Shown: positions 54,178 to 64,000 of the stretch, piece after piece
Layout of the letters: each line of letters begins with the position of its first letter
How positions within the stretch are numbered: position 1 is the first letter of the stretch
From: an uncultured Gemmatimonadales bacterium
Lineage (GTDB): Bacteria; Gemmatimonadota; Gemmatimonadetes; Gemmatimonadales; GWC2-71-9
DNA: 64,000 nucleotides
Direction: 5' to 3'
NCBI GenBank assembly: GCA_963821525.1
Contig: CAWGED010000012.1
Location: 187,443-251,442 of the forward strand
Notes under the pieces: model-generated
Databases searched by the model: none
What the model was told of the DNA's origin: nothing
What the model saw: the letters and a program-made list of their open reading frames with translations, nothing else
Position numbers and translations under genes: made by a program

Positions 54178-56874
54178 GGTGTGAGGTCTGGCCCCAGGTC
54201 CTTGAACCAGGGAGAGCGTACAATCTGACCCCGTGAATCGGGGTCACTCCTGAGTTCCTCCCGCAGCAGCGCGAGCGCTTCCTCCCGCTGACCGAGGAGC
54301 AGGTGGACGTACGCCTCCTCGGTTCGCACCTCGGTCCCCGGATGCGCCGCCGAATCGGCGTGAACCCTTGCGACGATAGCGCGGGCGCTGTCTTTCATGC
54401 CGGCCCGCGCCGCCGTCATCGCCGCCATCATCCGGAAATAGCTCCACTGGCTGCTGAACATTCCGATCGAGTCTTGCTTCTCGATGCTCTCGATCTCCTG
54501 CCACGCCTTGCCCACATCGCGGCGACTCTTTCCGGTCCAGCCGAGGAGAATGAGGCGGCAGGTCTGAAACCTGGGATCGCCGGCGTATCGGCTGATCCCC
54601 ATCTCACACCAGCGCGCCGCGTCGTCGAACTTCTGCAGGTTGAGCGAGGCGAAGAAGAGGAGGCTCACCACCGCGCGGACTTCTACCAGATAGGCGTCAC
54701 GGTTGAGCGCCGTCTCCAGCGCCTGTGCCGACTCGGTGAAGCGCCCATCGGTGTAGAGCAGCTCGCCCAGGGCGTACCAGCTACGGGCATCATCCGGTCG
54801 AGCATCGAGTGCCGCGCGAAGATCGGCTTCGGCCTGACGCTTGAGCGTGTCGGTGCCCGTCATGTTCGGTGAAGTTGCCAGCCATTCCCGCGCGTACCCG
54901 CGCAGCGCCAGCGCCTGTTCCCCACCCTTGGATCGCTCCAGCGCCTGCTCGGCGATGGCAAGCGCCCGCTGCATCATCGGGCCGTATGGCATCGTGTCCT
55001 GAGTGAACAGCGCCAGACCGTAACGCCACCCATCCGCGGCCGATCGTCGGCGTCACCCATTTGCGATCGAGCTTCTCGGCCACGGCGTAGAGCGAATCGG
55101 CCCGGTGCCAGAGATCCGTTGCGTCGGCCTCGTTGCCTGCCAGCGACGCATCCACCCCATCACGAACCAGATCATCCGCCCGGGTCACCCGCTCCCAAGC
55201 CTCCAGCGACTGGGTTTCTTCCCGTTCCTTCCGGAGTTTGATCTCCTGACCCAGGCGCTCTCGGAGAAACGTGGCGACCTGCCCCACGACCGCCTGGCGC
55301 AACGCCAACGCCGCGTCGCGCCGAACCTCGAAGGACTGAGTGCGCAGCTGGTCGCCGTTGGACGGATCGACCAGACGCACAGTGACCCGAACAACATCAG
55401 GGGAGGCGCTCAAGCTTCCACCAACTACAGTCCCGACGCCCAACACCTTCGCGATGCTGTCCACCGGGGCCGGGTGATCGCGATAGAGCCGCACTCCGTT
55501 CGGCGAAATGACCTGCAGCCCGTGAACCTGGCTCAGTTCATCAATCACATCCTCCGTAAGGCCTTGAGCGATGAGCCCGACTTCGGGGTCGGAGGAGAGG
55601 TTGTCGAAGTAGAGGACGGCGATGCGTTCGAGAGACGGCGGCGAGGTCACTGGCGGAATGGCGGAATGGCGGAATGGCGGAATGAAACGCCAAGCAGCGA
55701 AGGCGACAATGGCGACCAAGGCGACGACGCCGACGCCCTTTACCGATCCGCCGAGCCGCCGAGCCGCCGAGCCGCGATGGCTCTTCGCCTTTCGCGTCGG
55801 CCGCCAACGCGTCCACAAACTCCGTCGCCTTGCTGAAGCGTTCGACCGGCACCTTGGCCAGCGCGCGCCGCATCGTCGCCTGTGCCGCGGGCGAGAGGCC
55901 TGGTCTCAGGATCGTCAGATCAGGGACCGGAGCCTGAAGGTGCTTCGCCAGGATCGCGCGCGGTGTCTCGCCCAGGTAGGGGACTTCTCCCGCGAGCATC
56001 TCGTAGACCACGCAACCGAGGGAGTAGATGTCGCTGCGACCATCAATCCGCTCGCTGGCCCCGGCCTGTTCCGGGCTCATGTAGGCCGGCGTCCCCACTG
56101 CGACTCCCTTCTCCGTCAGGCGATCGGTGACCCGAGGCTTCGAGCGCCATGGCGATGCCGAAGTCCGCCACCAGAGCATGCGATCCGCTGAGCAGGATGT
56201 TTTCCGGCTTGATGTCGCGATGGACGATGCCCTGGCTGTGGGCGAAGTCGAGCGCCTCGGCCACATCCCGGGCTACGGCGAGGGTGGACTTGAGTGAGAG
56301 CGCGCCCTCACGGTCGAGCAGGTCGCGCAGCGACTCCCCTTCCACGTAGGGCATGACGTAGATACAGCGTGCCCTGAGCCTCGCCGGAGTCGATCAGGGG
56401 AATGACGAAGGGGTGACGCAGCTGGGCGGAGATTTCGACTTCGCGCAGGAAGCGGTGTCGCCGGTCGGGATCGGCAACACCCTGGCGAATCACTTTGATG
56501 GCGACGTCGCGGGAGTGCTGAAGATCGCGTGCGAGGTAGACGATCGCATTCCCGCCACGACCGATTTCGCGACCAAACTTGTATTGACCTTCCAGGAGAG
56601 CGGAGACGCGCTTCAGCGGTTCTTCCGAATCCTCCTCTTCTTCTTCCTCCTCCACCGCCCGAATGATCGGATCCGCGAACACCGCGGCAGAGTCTACCAG
56701 GAAGCGATCGTCCACCTCGGCCTTGGCGCACGATGCGATGAGTTCCGCGGCGGCGCTCTCCAGCGCCGAGTCCCCCGCGCAAGCCTTGTGGAGGAATGAG
56801 GCACGGGCTTCCGCCGGCAGTTCGAGGGCCTGATCGACCAGCTCCAGCAGGCGGCGCTCGAATTCAGGATTCAT
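54174..56874 (-). CDS. ECF43-associated Ser/Thr kinase with TM, TolB-like and TPR-like domains (several frameshifts)
   Basis: ALELPAEARASFL, IGRGG, HRDIKPEN, DFG, GTPAYMSPEQ, IAVLYFDNLS, helical repeats across ORFs 56308, 56043, 55541, 54790 and 54174. Confidence 0.88.
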
Positions 56875-57444
56875 CAGTGGAGATGTCGCATCAGCCAGCC
56901 CCTCGCCCGGACCCAGTCGCGCGCCACGGTCCGGGGAGTCACCCCCAGCAGTTCCGCGGTTTCCTGTTCGGTCAGTCCCACGAAGAAGCGGTACTCCACC
57001 ACCTGAGCCAGACGCGCGTCGATCTCGACCAGACTGCGAGAGGGCCTCATCTACCGCCATCAGGAGATCGGCCCGCTGCGCGATCTCCTTGGCCGAGGGA
57101 TGGGCGAAAATGGCGTCCGATCGTTCCAGCGAGGCGAGGGAAACCGGCTCCTGCCCGGGAGAACGCTTGATGGCGCGGTGACGCCGGGCGTAGTCGACGA
57201 GGATCCGGCGCATCGCCCGTGCGGCGAGGGCAAAGAAATGGGCGCGATTGTCGAACTGAGAACTGCGCTGGTCCGCCAGCTTGAGGTAGGTCTCGTTGAC
57301 CAGCGCGGTAGTGGAAAGCGTGTGACCGGTTGCCTCGGCCCGGAGCCGCCGATGGGCCAAGCGGCGCAGCTCGGCATAGACGGCGGGAAAGAGCGTGTCG
57401 AGTTCGAAGCGGGTCGGACGGGACGCACGGTCGGACTTAGTCAT
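56874..57444 (-). CDS. ECF sigma factor, ECF43/TIGR02999-like (frameshift near 57035), translationally coupled to the kinase
   Basis: VYAELRRLAH, TLSTTALVNETYLKL, HFFALAARAMRRILVDYAR, then VVEYRFF.GL...ETA..LGV.PRTV.RDW..AR; TGATG stop/start overlap. Confidence 0.9.
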
Positions 57445-57602
57445 GACGGGGCGAACAGGTCGGACGGGGCGGACAGGGCGGACGCGGCGGGCAGGACGGA
57501 CGAGGCGGGCGGCCACGCACCGAGCCAAGCAGAAGGGGCCAATCGCGATAGCTGCCATCAAGTGCTCTGTCCGCCCTGTCCGCCTTGCCGCCCCGACCGC
57601 CC
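57445..57602. repeat. Inverted pair of 9-nt tandem arrays (NNGGCGGAC / GTCCGCCNN)
   Basis: Forward array 57445-57512, reverse array 57567-57602. Confidence 0.8.
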
Positions 57603-57771
57603 AACTGGGAGGCCTGTCTGTATCGACCGAGCGTCTGCGCGTCTTCTCATGTCGACGAGTCTGGCCCTGGTGAGGAGCAACGTACCGATGCCTCTAAGCC
57701 TCGGCAAGCCAACGACATCGTGTTGCGATCCGCGCACCACGTCCGGCCATTTCCAGTTGCAGGAGGGTTGT

Positions 57772-58797
57772 ATGAAGCGGTTGATCTCGGCAGTTGCGGG
57801 CCTCGCGTTAGTCACGGCGGCATGTCAGGACTTCAATACGCCCAGTGACCAGTCATCCGAAGCCCCGTCCATCGATGCGGCACCCGAGTCGGATTCGGCG
57901 CAGGTCCAGGCGACCGCATCCGCCCAGATCTGGGCGGTCGTGGACCAGAACGGCAATCTGATTCATGGTAATCGCACCACCGGCGTCGTGAAGTTGGGGC
58001 CCGGGCAGTACGAAGTCAGCTTCAACCGCAATCTCACCAGCTGCGCCTACGTCGCGACCACGCGGAACGCCTACAGTCAGGCGATCCAGGCCTCGACCGC
58101 CGGAGGCCACCTGAGCGCCAACGGTGTCTATGTCGAGACCAAGAACCAGGGTGGCGGGCTGACCGATGGTCCGTTCGACCTGGTGGTGACCTGCGGCGGC
58201 ACTGGAATCCGGTATGCGGTGGTGGGCTACTCCGCGGACCTGGTTCGCTCCACGAGTGGAACGACCCTGAGCTTCCTGGGCGCGGGCCGGTACAACATCC
58301 GCTTCGCCAGCCCAGTGACGGGCTGCGCCTTCATCGCGACTCTGGCTGATCCGGGCAACGCCCTCGTGTACAACCCGTCCGGCGTGTACACCGGCAGCGG
58401 TCCCGACGCGAACACCGTCTACATCGAAACCAAGAACCCGGGCGGTGGGCTGCAGGATGGCGTGCCGTTCCACCTGGAACTGATCTGCTCCTCGACCGCC
58501 AACACTCGCTACGCGGTGGTCCGGGCGACCGGCGCCAAGCAGCGGTCGTCCTCGGGCATGACGGCCACTCGGCCCTCGACCGGCAACTTCCAGATCAGCA
58601 GCAACAACCTCGGCATCAGCGCCTGCGCCACCGTGGCGACCCGCGGCTCGGTTGATACGGCCGTACCCTTCAACCCGGCGACCGTCGAAATCGTGCCGGG
58701 CCCGACCAACAACTCGATCGATATCCAGGTCCGTCAGCTGCTGTTCTTCGGCGGGGCACTGAATAGCCTGGCGTTCCACGCCGCGTCGGTGTGCTGA
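57772..58797 (+). CDS. Lipoprotein with three tandem ~95 aa beta-rich repeats
   Basis: AGGAGG RBS, lipobox TAAC, three repeats AVV...G.(Y/F)....CA..AT...F.....C. Confidence 0.8.
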   Translation: MKRLISAVAGLALVTAACQDFNTPSDQSSEAPSIDAAPESDSAQVQATASAQIWAVVDQNGNLIHGNRTTGVVKLGPGQYEVSFNRNLTSCAYVATTRNAYSQAIQASTAGGHLSANGVYVETKNQGGGLTDGPFDLVVTCGGTGIRYAVVGYSADLVRSTSGTTLSFLGAGRYNIRFASPVTGCAFIATLADPGNALVYNPSGVYTGSGPDANTVYIETKNPGGGLQDGVPFHLELICSSTANTRYAVVRATGAKQRSSSGMTATRPSTGNFQISSNNLGISACATVATRGSVDTAVPFNPATVEIVPGPTNNSIDIQVRQLLFFGGALNSLAFHAASVC

Positions 58798-58866
58798 ACT
58801 GCAGTCGGTAGTCTGTAGTCGATAGTCGAACATGCGGGAACAGGAAAGAGCGCAGGAACGAGGGTT

Positions 58867-58963
58867 ACACCTCATCCCGAGCGCAGCGAGGGATCTAGCC
58901 TCCTAGCCTAGACGTCAGGCCAAGGACACTAGTTCCCTCGTCGCTTCGCTCCTCGGGATGAGG
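58867..58963. repeat. Gene-less palindromic element, copy B
   Basis: ACACCTCATCCCGAGCGCAGCGAGGGATCTAG...CTAGTTCCCTCGTCGCTTCGCTCCTCGGGATGAGG. Confidence 0.9.
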
Positions 58964-59110
58964 GATTCGTTGGCTCGTGGCCGTCTCTTCACCTGCCTTC
59001 CCTGTTCACCGTTTACCGTCTCCCATCTGCTGCCTGCGGATCTCCCGCCCTCTTGATCCCCCCTTGATCCCCCATCACTAGGCTCCCAGCGTCCCTAACT
59101 GGAAGTCACC

Positions 59111-59613
59111 ATGCGCGGAAGTCGAGTCGTTTCCTGTCTGCTGTTGCTCGCCGGGGCACCGGTGCTCGCCAGTGCCCAGGAGCTTGGCTCCGACGTCGTC
59201 GGCCAGATCAATGCCTCATCCAAGGCGAGGGTGCGTCTGATTGAAGGGCCTCGCGCCACACTCTACGCGCCGAAGGCGGATTCCACGAGCCTGGGCTTCA
59301 AGCGCGGCGAGTTCGTCAACCACGCCGGAAGCGTGGTCCAGCTTTCCCAGCCCTTGCAGGTAGCCCAAGTCGCAGAGATCCAGGTGGCCAAAGGATCAAA
59401 TGCCGGCAAGGGAGCAAAGATTGGAGCCGGCATTGGGGCTGGCCTTGGGCCTCCTCGCAGTTGCGGTCGCAGTTCGGAAGACAGCTATGTCTCGCCGAGC
59501 ACTGGGCAGACGCGAGTGGCGTGGTTGTGTTTACCCTCATCGGAAGTGGGATTGGGGCGCTGATCGGTAGCACCTCAACCCGCTGGAAGCCGGTATACCG
59601 CGGGGGGCATTAG
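59111..59613 (+). CDS. Hypothetical secreted/membrane protein with Gly-rich C-terminus (frameshifted near 59450-59520)
   Basis: Signal peptide, GAKIGAGIGAGLG, then GIGALIG...RWKPVY in another frame. Confidence 0.55.
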
Positions 59614-59652
59614 CTCGACTGGGTCTCGGCGGAACGGGGAACGGAGTACGGG

Positions 59653-59746
59653 ACACCTCATCCCGAGGGAAGCGAGGGATCTAGTGTCCTTGCCTTGGCG
59701 CCTAGGCGGGGATGCTAGATCCCTCGCTGCGCTCGGGATGAGGTGT
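59653..59746. repeat. Gene-less palindromic element, copy C
   Basis: ACACCTCATCCCGAGGGAAGCGAGGGATCTAG...CTAGATCCCTCGCTGCGCTCGGGATGAGGTGT. Confidence 0.9.
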
Positions 59747-59894
59747 TGGTCTCGCTTCTGCGGCGTTTCCTCTTCCTTGTTCTCTGTTCCCGGTTCCCTG
59801 TTCCCGTCTTCTGTCTCCCGTCTCCCGATTTGCCCCCCTCCCTCCTCGCCCCTATCCTTCCCGCTCTCGCGAACCCGCTCAAAAGGATTGTCGC

Positions 59895-61200
59895 TTGCCG
59901 TTCACTCCGCTCAAGCTCCACCCGAATCTCCTGAAGGGCATCAAGGAGCTGGGATTCATTCGTCCGACACCGATCCAGACCGATGCCATTCCTCCTGCCC
60001 TGGCTGGACGCGACGTGCTCGCCTGTGCCACCACTGGGAGCGGGAAGACGGCAGCGTTTCTGTTACCCATCCTCCATCGTCTGATCGAACGGCCCCGCGG
60101 CGCTACCCGGGCACTGGTAATCACTCCGACTCGTGAGCTTGCGGCGCAGATCCTCGAAGACCTGAATGACCTGGCGGTACACACGCCGGTCAGTGGCGCT
60201 GCGGTGTTCGGCGGAGTGGGAATGGCAGCGCAGGAGCATGCGTTCCGCACCGGGGTCGACGTGTTGATCGCGACGCCGGGCCGCCTCCTCGACCACCTCA
60301 GGTCTCCCTACGCCAAACTCTCGGCGCTCGAGGTGCTGGTGCTGGACGAAGCGGACCGGATGCTCGACATGGGCTTCCTGCCGGAGATCAAGAAGATCCT
60401 CCGCCATCTGCCGGCCAAGCGGCAGACGCTCTTCTTCAGCGCGACCATGCCGGATCCGATCGCCGCGCTCACCCGCGACATGCTGCGGGACCCCGTGACC
60501 ATCAACCAGGGACGGAAGGCAGCGCCGGCGGTGGGGATCACTCAGGCGGTCTACCCCGTACCGCAGGAACTCAAGTCCGCACTCTTCCTGGCGTTGCTCC
60601 AACGAGGCGAGCTGCAGGAGGCGCTGGTCTTTACCCGCACCAAGCATCGCGCCGACCGGGTGTGGAAGTTCCTGGTTCGAAACGGCATCGAGGCGGAGCG
60701 GATTCACGGGAACCGGTCGCAACCGCAGCGGACCCAGGCGCTGGCCGGGTTCAAGAGCGGGAAATACCGGGTCCTGGTCGCCACCGACATCGCCCAGCGC
60801 GGGATCGACATCGAAGAGCTGGGTCACGTGGTGAATTTCGATGTGCCCAAGGTGGCCGAGGATTATATCCACCGGGTGGGCCGCACGGCGCGGGCGGAAG
60901 CGGTGGGCGATGCCTTTACCTTCGTGGCGCCCGGACGAGGAGGGGGATCTGCGGAACATCGAGCGGGCGATCGGCAGGCGGCTGCCGAGGGTGATCGTTC
61001 CCGATTTCGATTACAAGGCTCGGCCGGAAGCGCGCCTTGAGGTGCCATTGGAGGAGCGTCTCGCCGCGATGCGTGCCCAGAAGAAGGAGGAGCGGGCGCG
61101 AAGGGACGCCAAGGCGGCACGCGCGGGACACCGGCCGGCAAGCCCGACCCACCGCAAACCATCGGGGCACGGACACCGGCGGTTCGGGAGCAAGCCGTAG
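59895..61200 (+). CDS. DEAD-box RNA helicase (RhlE-like), frameshift near 60930
   Basis: PTPIQ, TGSGKT, PTRELA, TPGRL, DEAD, SAT, HRVGRTAR; basic C-terminal tail. Confidence 0.93.
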
Positions 61201-61295
61201 AGGCGGGGAACGGGAGAACGGGAGAACGGGGAACGGCGGAATGGGGACGGAACGGAGACGGAACTGGCGGAACGGCGGAATGGCGGAACGGCGCA

Positions 61296-61443
61296 GGAGC
61301 GAGGGTAACACCTCATCCCGAGCGCAGCGAGGGATCTAGCATCCTAGCCTAGACGTCAGGCCAGGACACTAGATCCCTCGTCGCTTCGCTTCCCTCGCAT
61401 GGCTCGGGACAAGCTCTCGGGATGAGGTGTTACCCTCGCTCCT
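61296..61443. repeat. Gene-less palindromic element, copy D, with extended perfect arms and an extra internal hairpin
   Basis: GGAGCGAGGGTAACACCTCATCCCGAG ... CTCGGGATGAGGTGTTACCCTCGCTCC, between convergent genes. Confidence 0.9.
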
Positions 61444-61490
61444 CCGTTCCCGTTCCCTGTTCCCTGTTCCCCGTCTTTCCCGTCTCCCGT

Positions 61491-63986
61491 CTACTCGTAC
61501 CGCAACGCCTGGATCGGATCGACCCGTGATGCCCGTCGAGCCGGGATGTATCCCGCTCCCAGTGCGACCAGCATCAGCACCAGCACCGAGAGAGTGAACA
61601 CCACCGGGTCGTGGCCCTTGAGTCCGTACAACAGACTGCTCGCCGCGCGACCCAGGCCGACGGCCGCCGCGATTCCGATTACGCTGCCCACGATCAGCAT
61701 CACGCCTACCTGCCGCATCACCAGGGCTCGGACCCGTCCGGCATCGGCGCCCAATGCCATGCGGACCCCGATTTCGCGAGTGCGCTGCGCCACGGTGTAG
61801 GCCAGCACGCCATAGAGTCCCACCGCGGCAAGCAGTGTCGCCAGGACCGCGAAAGATGCCGAGAGAATACTGATCATCCGGTCGAGGAAGACGTTCTCCC
61901 GGATCTGCTGCGGCATGGTTTTCAGACCCTCGAGCGGCAGCCCCGGATCCAGCCTCTTCATTAGAGTCGGGATGGAGCGAAGAATCGTCTCGGGCGGCGT
62001 CGAGGTCTTCACATAGAAATTGATGAATCCGACTCGACTGTCCTGGTGCCAGGGGGTGTAGACGACCGGCGGAATGGTGTCCTTCACCTCGCTGTACTTG
62101 GCGTCCTCGATCAGGCCCACGATCTGGATGTTCATCGAGTCGGGGCCGCTGGTCGACATGAACTTGCCTAGCGGATCGTCGCCCAGTTTGAACTTCTTGG
62201 CGAAGGTCTGGTTGACTATCGCGACGTTGCCCGAGCCCTTCCGATCGGCATCGGTGAACTCACGGCCCTTGATCAGCTTGATGCCCAGGGTCCCGAAGTA
62301 GCCGGCGCCGACCTCGTTGAAGCGGGAGTTGTTGTCCACGTCGGGACCGGACGGGAAGCCCTGCACGTCCACATCGGTGCCCCAGTTGTCACCTGCCAGG
62401 AGGGGGACCAGGGACGCGGTGACAGCGGTAACGCCTGGCAGACTCTTCAGCTCTTGCTCCACGCGGTCGAACAACACGGCCGAACGAACGCTGTCGTAGC
62501 CGCTCCGCTCGGGCGATATGGCGAAGGTGACCACGTGATCAACCTTCACCCCCAGAGCCACGTGGGTCACGTTCATCAGGCTCTTGAGAAACAATCCCGC
62601 GGAGATGAGCAGGCCAGTGGCCAGGGCGATCTGAACGGTGACCAGGCTGGCCCGGAATCGGGCGGCGCCGCGATGGCCCTGGATCGAGCCGGCGTTGGCC
62701 CGGATCGAGGTCACCAGGTCAGAGCGGGTGCTGTGCAGCGCGGGGAAGAGACCAAACAGGATTCCGGTCACCAGGGAAACCGCGGCAGTGAACAGAATGA
62801 CGGGCGGCTGCAGCTCGAAGCGCAGGGTAGCGATCGCCTCCGGAGGCAGCAGCGAGGCGATGAGTGAGAGGGTCCACTGCGCAATGATCAGGCTCGCGAT
62901 ACCACCCATGAAGGCGAGCAGTACCGATTCGGTCAGCAACTGGAGGAGGAGCTGCCGCCGGGTGGCGCCGAGGGCGAGTCGGACGCCCATCTCCATCGCG
63001 CGCCCTGCCCCGCGGGCCAGCAGCAGGTTGGCGATGTTGGCGCAGGCAATGATGAGCACGATGGCGGTGATGCCGAACAACATGAGGAGCGGAGTGCGAG
63101 CTTCCTTATGTATGGAGCTCTGACCCATCGGGCCCGCCGCCACCCCAAGCTCCCTGGCCTTGAACTTCGCCATGGTGGCATCGCTCATCTGTTCCTGCAG
63201 CGGTGCTTCGACGTCGGTGATGATGGGATGGTAGATCCCGTTGAGAGCGGACTTGGCCTTGTCCAGCGTGACGCCGGGCTTGAGCCGCCCGAAGAGGTAG
63301 GCCCAATAGGAGCGGCGATTGTCGAAGCTGGCGGGTCCTGACCAGACCACCCCGCGCATGGTGATGGGCACGAAGACCATCGGCCGAGTGCCCATCGTGG
63401 TGCCCTCGAAACCCTTGGGTGCTACACCCACGATTTCCAGGGACTGGCCATTTACCGTGAGCGTCTGGCCGATCACACCGCGATCGCCCCCGAAGTGGGC
63501 CTGCCAGTAGCTGTAGCTCAGTACGGTGACGTAGCTCGCGCCGATGGTCTGATCATCGGACGGACCCAGCAGGCGGCCCACCGCGGGCGTCAGTCCCAGG
63601 GTCGGAAAATAGGAACCGGAGACGAACATCCCGTCTCCGGTAATCGGCTCACCTTTAAAGGAAAGGTTTACCCCGAATCCCCGATGGGCGGCGAGACCCG
63701 ACAGCACGGTCTGACTCTTCTCCAGGTCCCGGAACATCGGATAACTGAAGACCACGTCACAGTCGCCGGCCTGGTTGCAGGACTGCATCCCGGGCTTGGG
63801 GCCGGGCGAACTGAGATTGATGAGCTGCTCGGGATGATCGACCGGGAGCGGCCGGAGCAGCATCTGGTCGAACATCGAGAAGATCGCCGCGTTGGCGCCG
63901 ATGCCCAGGGCCAGGGAAAGGATCGCGACCGCCGTGACGAATGGGGTCTTGAAAAGCGTTCGGAAGGCGAGCTTCAGGTGGCGCAT
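61491..63986 (-). CDS. Duplicated MacB/FtsX ABC permease (ADOP-like)
   Basis: LALGIGAN.AIFS, IACANIANLLLAR, GLYGVLAY.V.QRTREIGVRMALGA, PARRASRVDP..ALRYE. Confidence 0.93.
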   Translation of the reverse strand: MRHLKLAFRTLFKTPFVTAVAILSLALGIGANAAIFSMFDQMLLRPLPVDHPEQLINLSSPGPKPGMQSCNQAGDCDVVFSYPMFRDLEKSQTVLSGLAAHRGFGVNLSFKGEPITGDGMFVSGSYFPTLGLTPAVGRLLGPSDDQTIGASYVTVLSYSYWQAHFGGDRGVIGQTLTVNGQSLEIVGVAPKGFEGTTMGTRPMVFVPITMRGVVWSGPASFDNRRSYWAYLFGRLKPGVTLDKAKSALNGIYHPIITDVEAPLQEQMSDATMAKFKARELGVAAGPMGQSSIHKEARTPLLMLFGITAIVLIIACANIANLLLARGAGRAMEMGVRLALGATRRQLLLQLLTESVLLAFMGGIASLIIAQWTLSLIASLLPPEAIATLRFELQPPVILFTAAVSLVTGILFGLFPALHSTRSDLVTSIRANAGSIQGHRGAARFRASLVTVQIALATGLLISAGLFLKSLMNVTHVALGVKVDHVVTFAISPERSGYDSVRSAVLFDRVEQELKSLPGVTAVTASLVPLLAGDNWGTDVDVQGFPSGPDVDNNSRFNEVGAGYFGTLGIKLIKGREFTDADRKGSGNVAIVNQTFAKKFKLGDDPLGKFMSTSGPDSMNIQIVGLIEDAKYSEVKDTIPPVVYTPWHQDSRVGFINFYVKTSTPPETILRSIPTLMKRLDPGLPLEGLKTMPQQIRENVFLDRMISILSASFAVLATLLAAVGLYGVLAYTVAQRTREIGVRMALGADAGRVRALVMRQVGVMLIVGSVIGIAAAVGLGRAASSLLYGLKGHDPVVFTLSVLVLMLVALGAGYIPARRASRVDPIQALRYE

Positions 63987-64000
63987 TCGGAAGACTCGGC

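Noticed and set aside
56308..57561. Apparent ECF sigma-kinase fusion ORF
   Set aside because: Sigma region 4 is in another frame after ~57035 and ends in a TGATG overlap with the kinase start, so these are two genes
1..64000. Prophage, integron, IS transposase, rRNA or tRNA genes
   Set aside because: No integrase, transposase, phage structural gene or recognisable structural RNA seen by eye; a covariance-model scan would be needed to exclude small RNAs

Overview
GC-rich (~65%) bacterial chromosomal window. Its gene content suggests Gemmatimonadota or a similar soil lineage (inference): five Hanks-type Ser/Thr kinases, two ECF43-like sigma factors, a BTAD-TM-TPR regulator and two duplicated MacB/FtsX permeases. 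Many genes are split by single-base frameshifts, most simply explained as uncorrected long-read indels, so split ORFs were merged. Left part: sthA, then a DNA-repair neighbourhood (ligD, ku, HTH-TPR protein, DUF72, UvrD with a nested DEDDh exonuclease, Lhr, a YaaA/DUF6884-like protein). Middle: a GlnA4-like gamma-glutamylation amine catabolism operon, kinases, an M1 peptidase, an ECF/kinase pair and a di-heme peroxidase. Right part: TetR/hydrolase, Vgb-like propeller, fragmented TonB receptor, secreted proteins, BTAD regulator, a second ECF/kinase pair, a DEAD-box helicase and a permease. The most striking signal is a small GIY-YIG nuclease gene sitting inside a palindromic element that also occurs as four gene-less ~95-150 bp copies, like a REP/RAYT system with a different nuclease. 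Families of 7-, 8- and 9-nt tandem repeats also occur at gene ends and in frame inside proteins. No rRNA, tRNA or CRISPR array was recognised.
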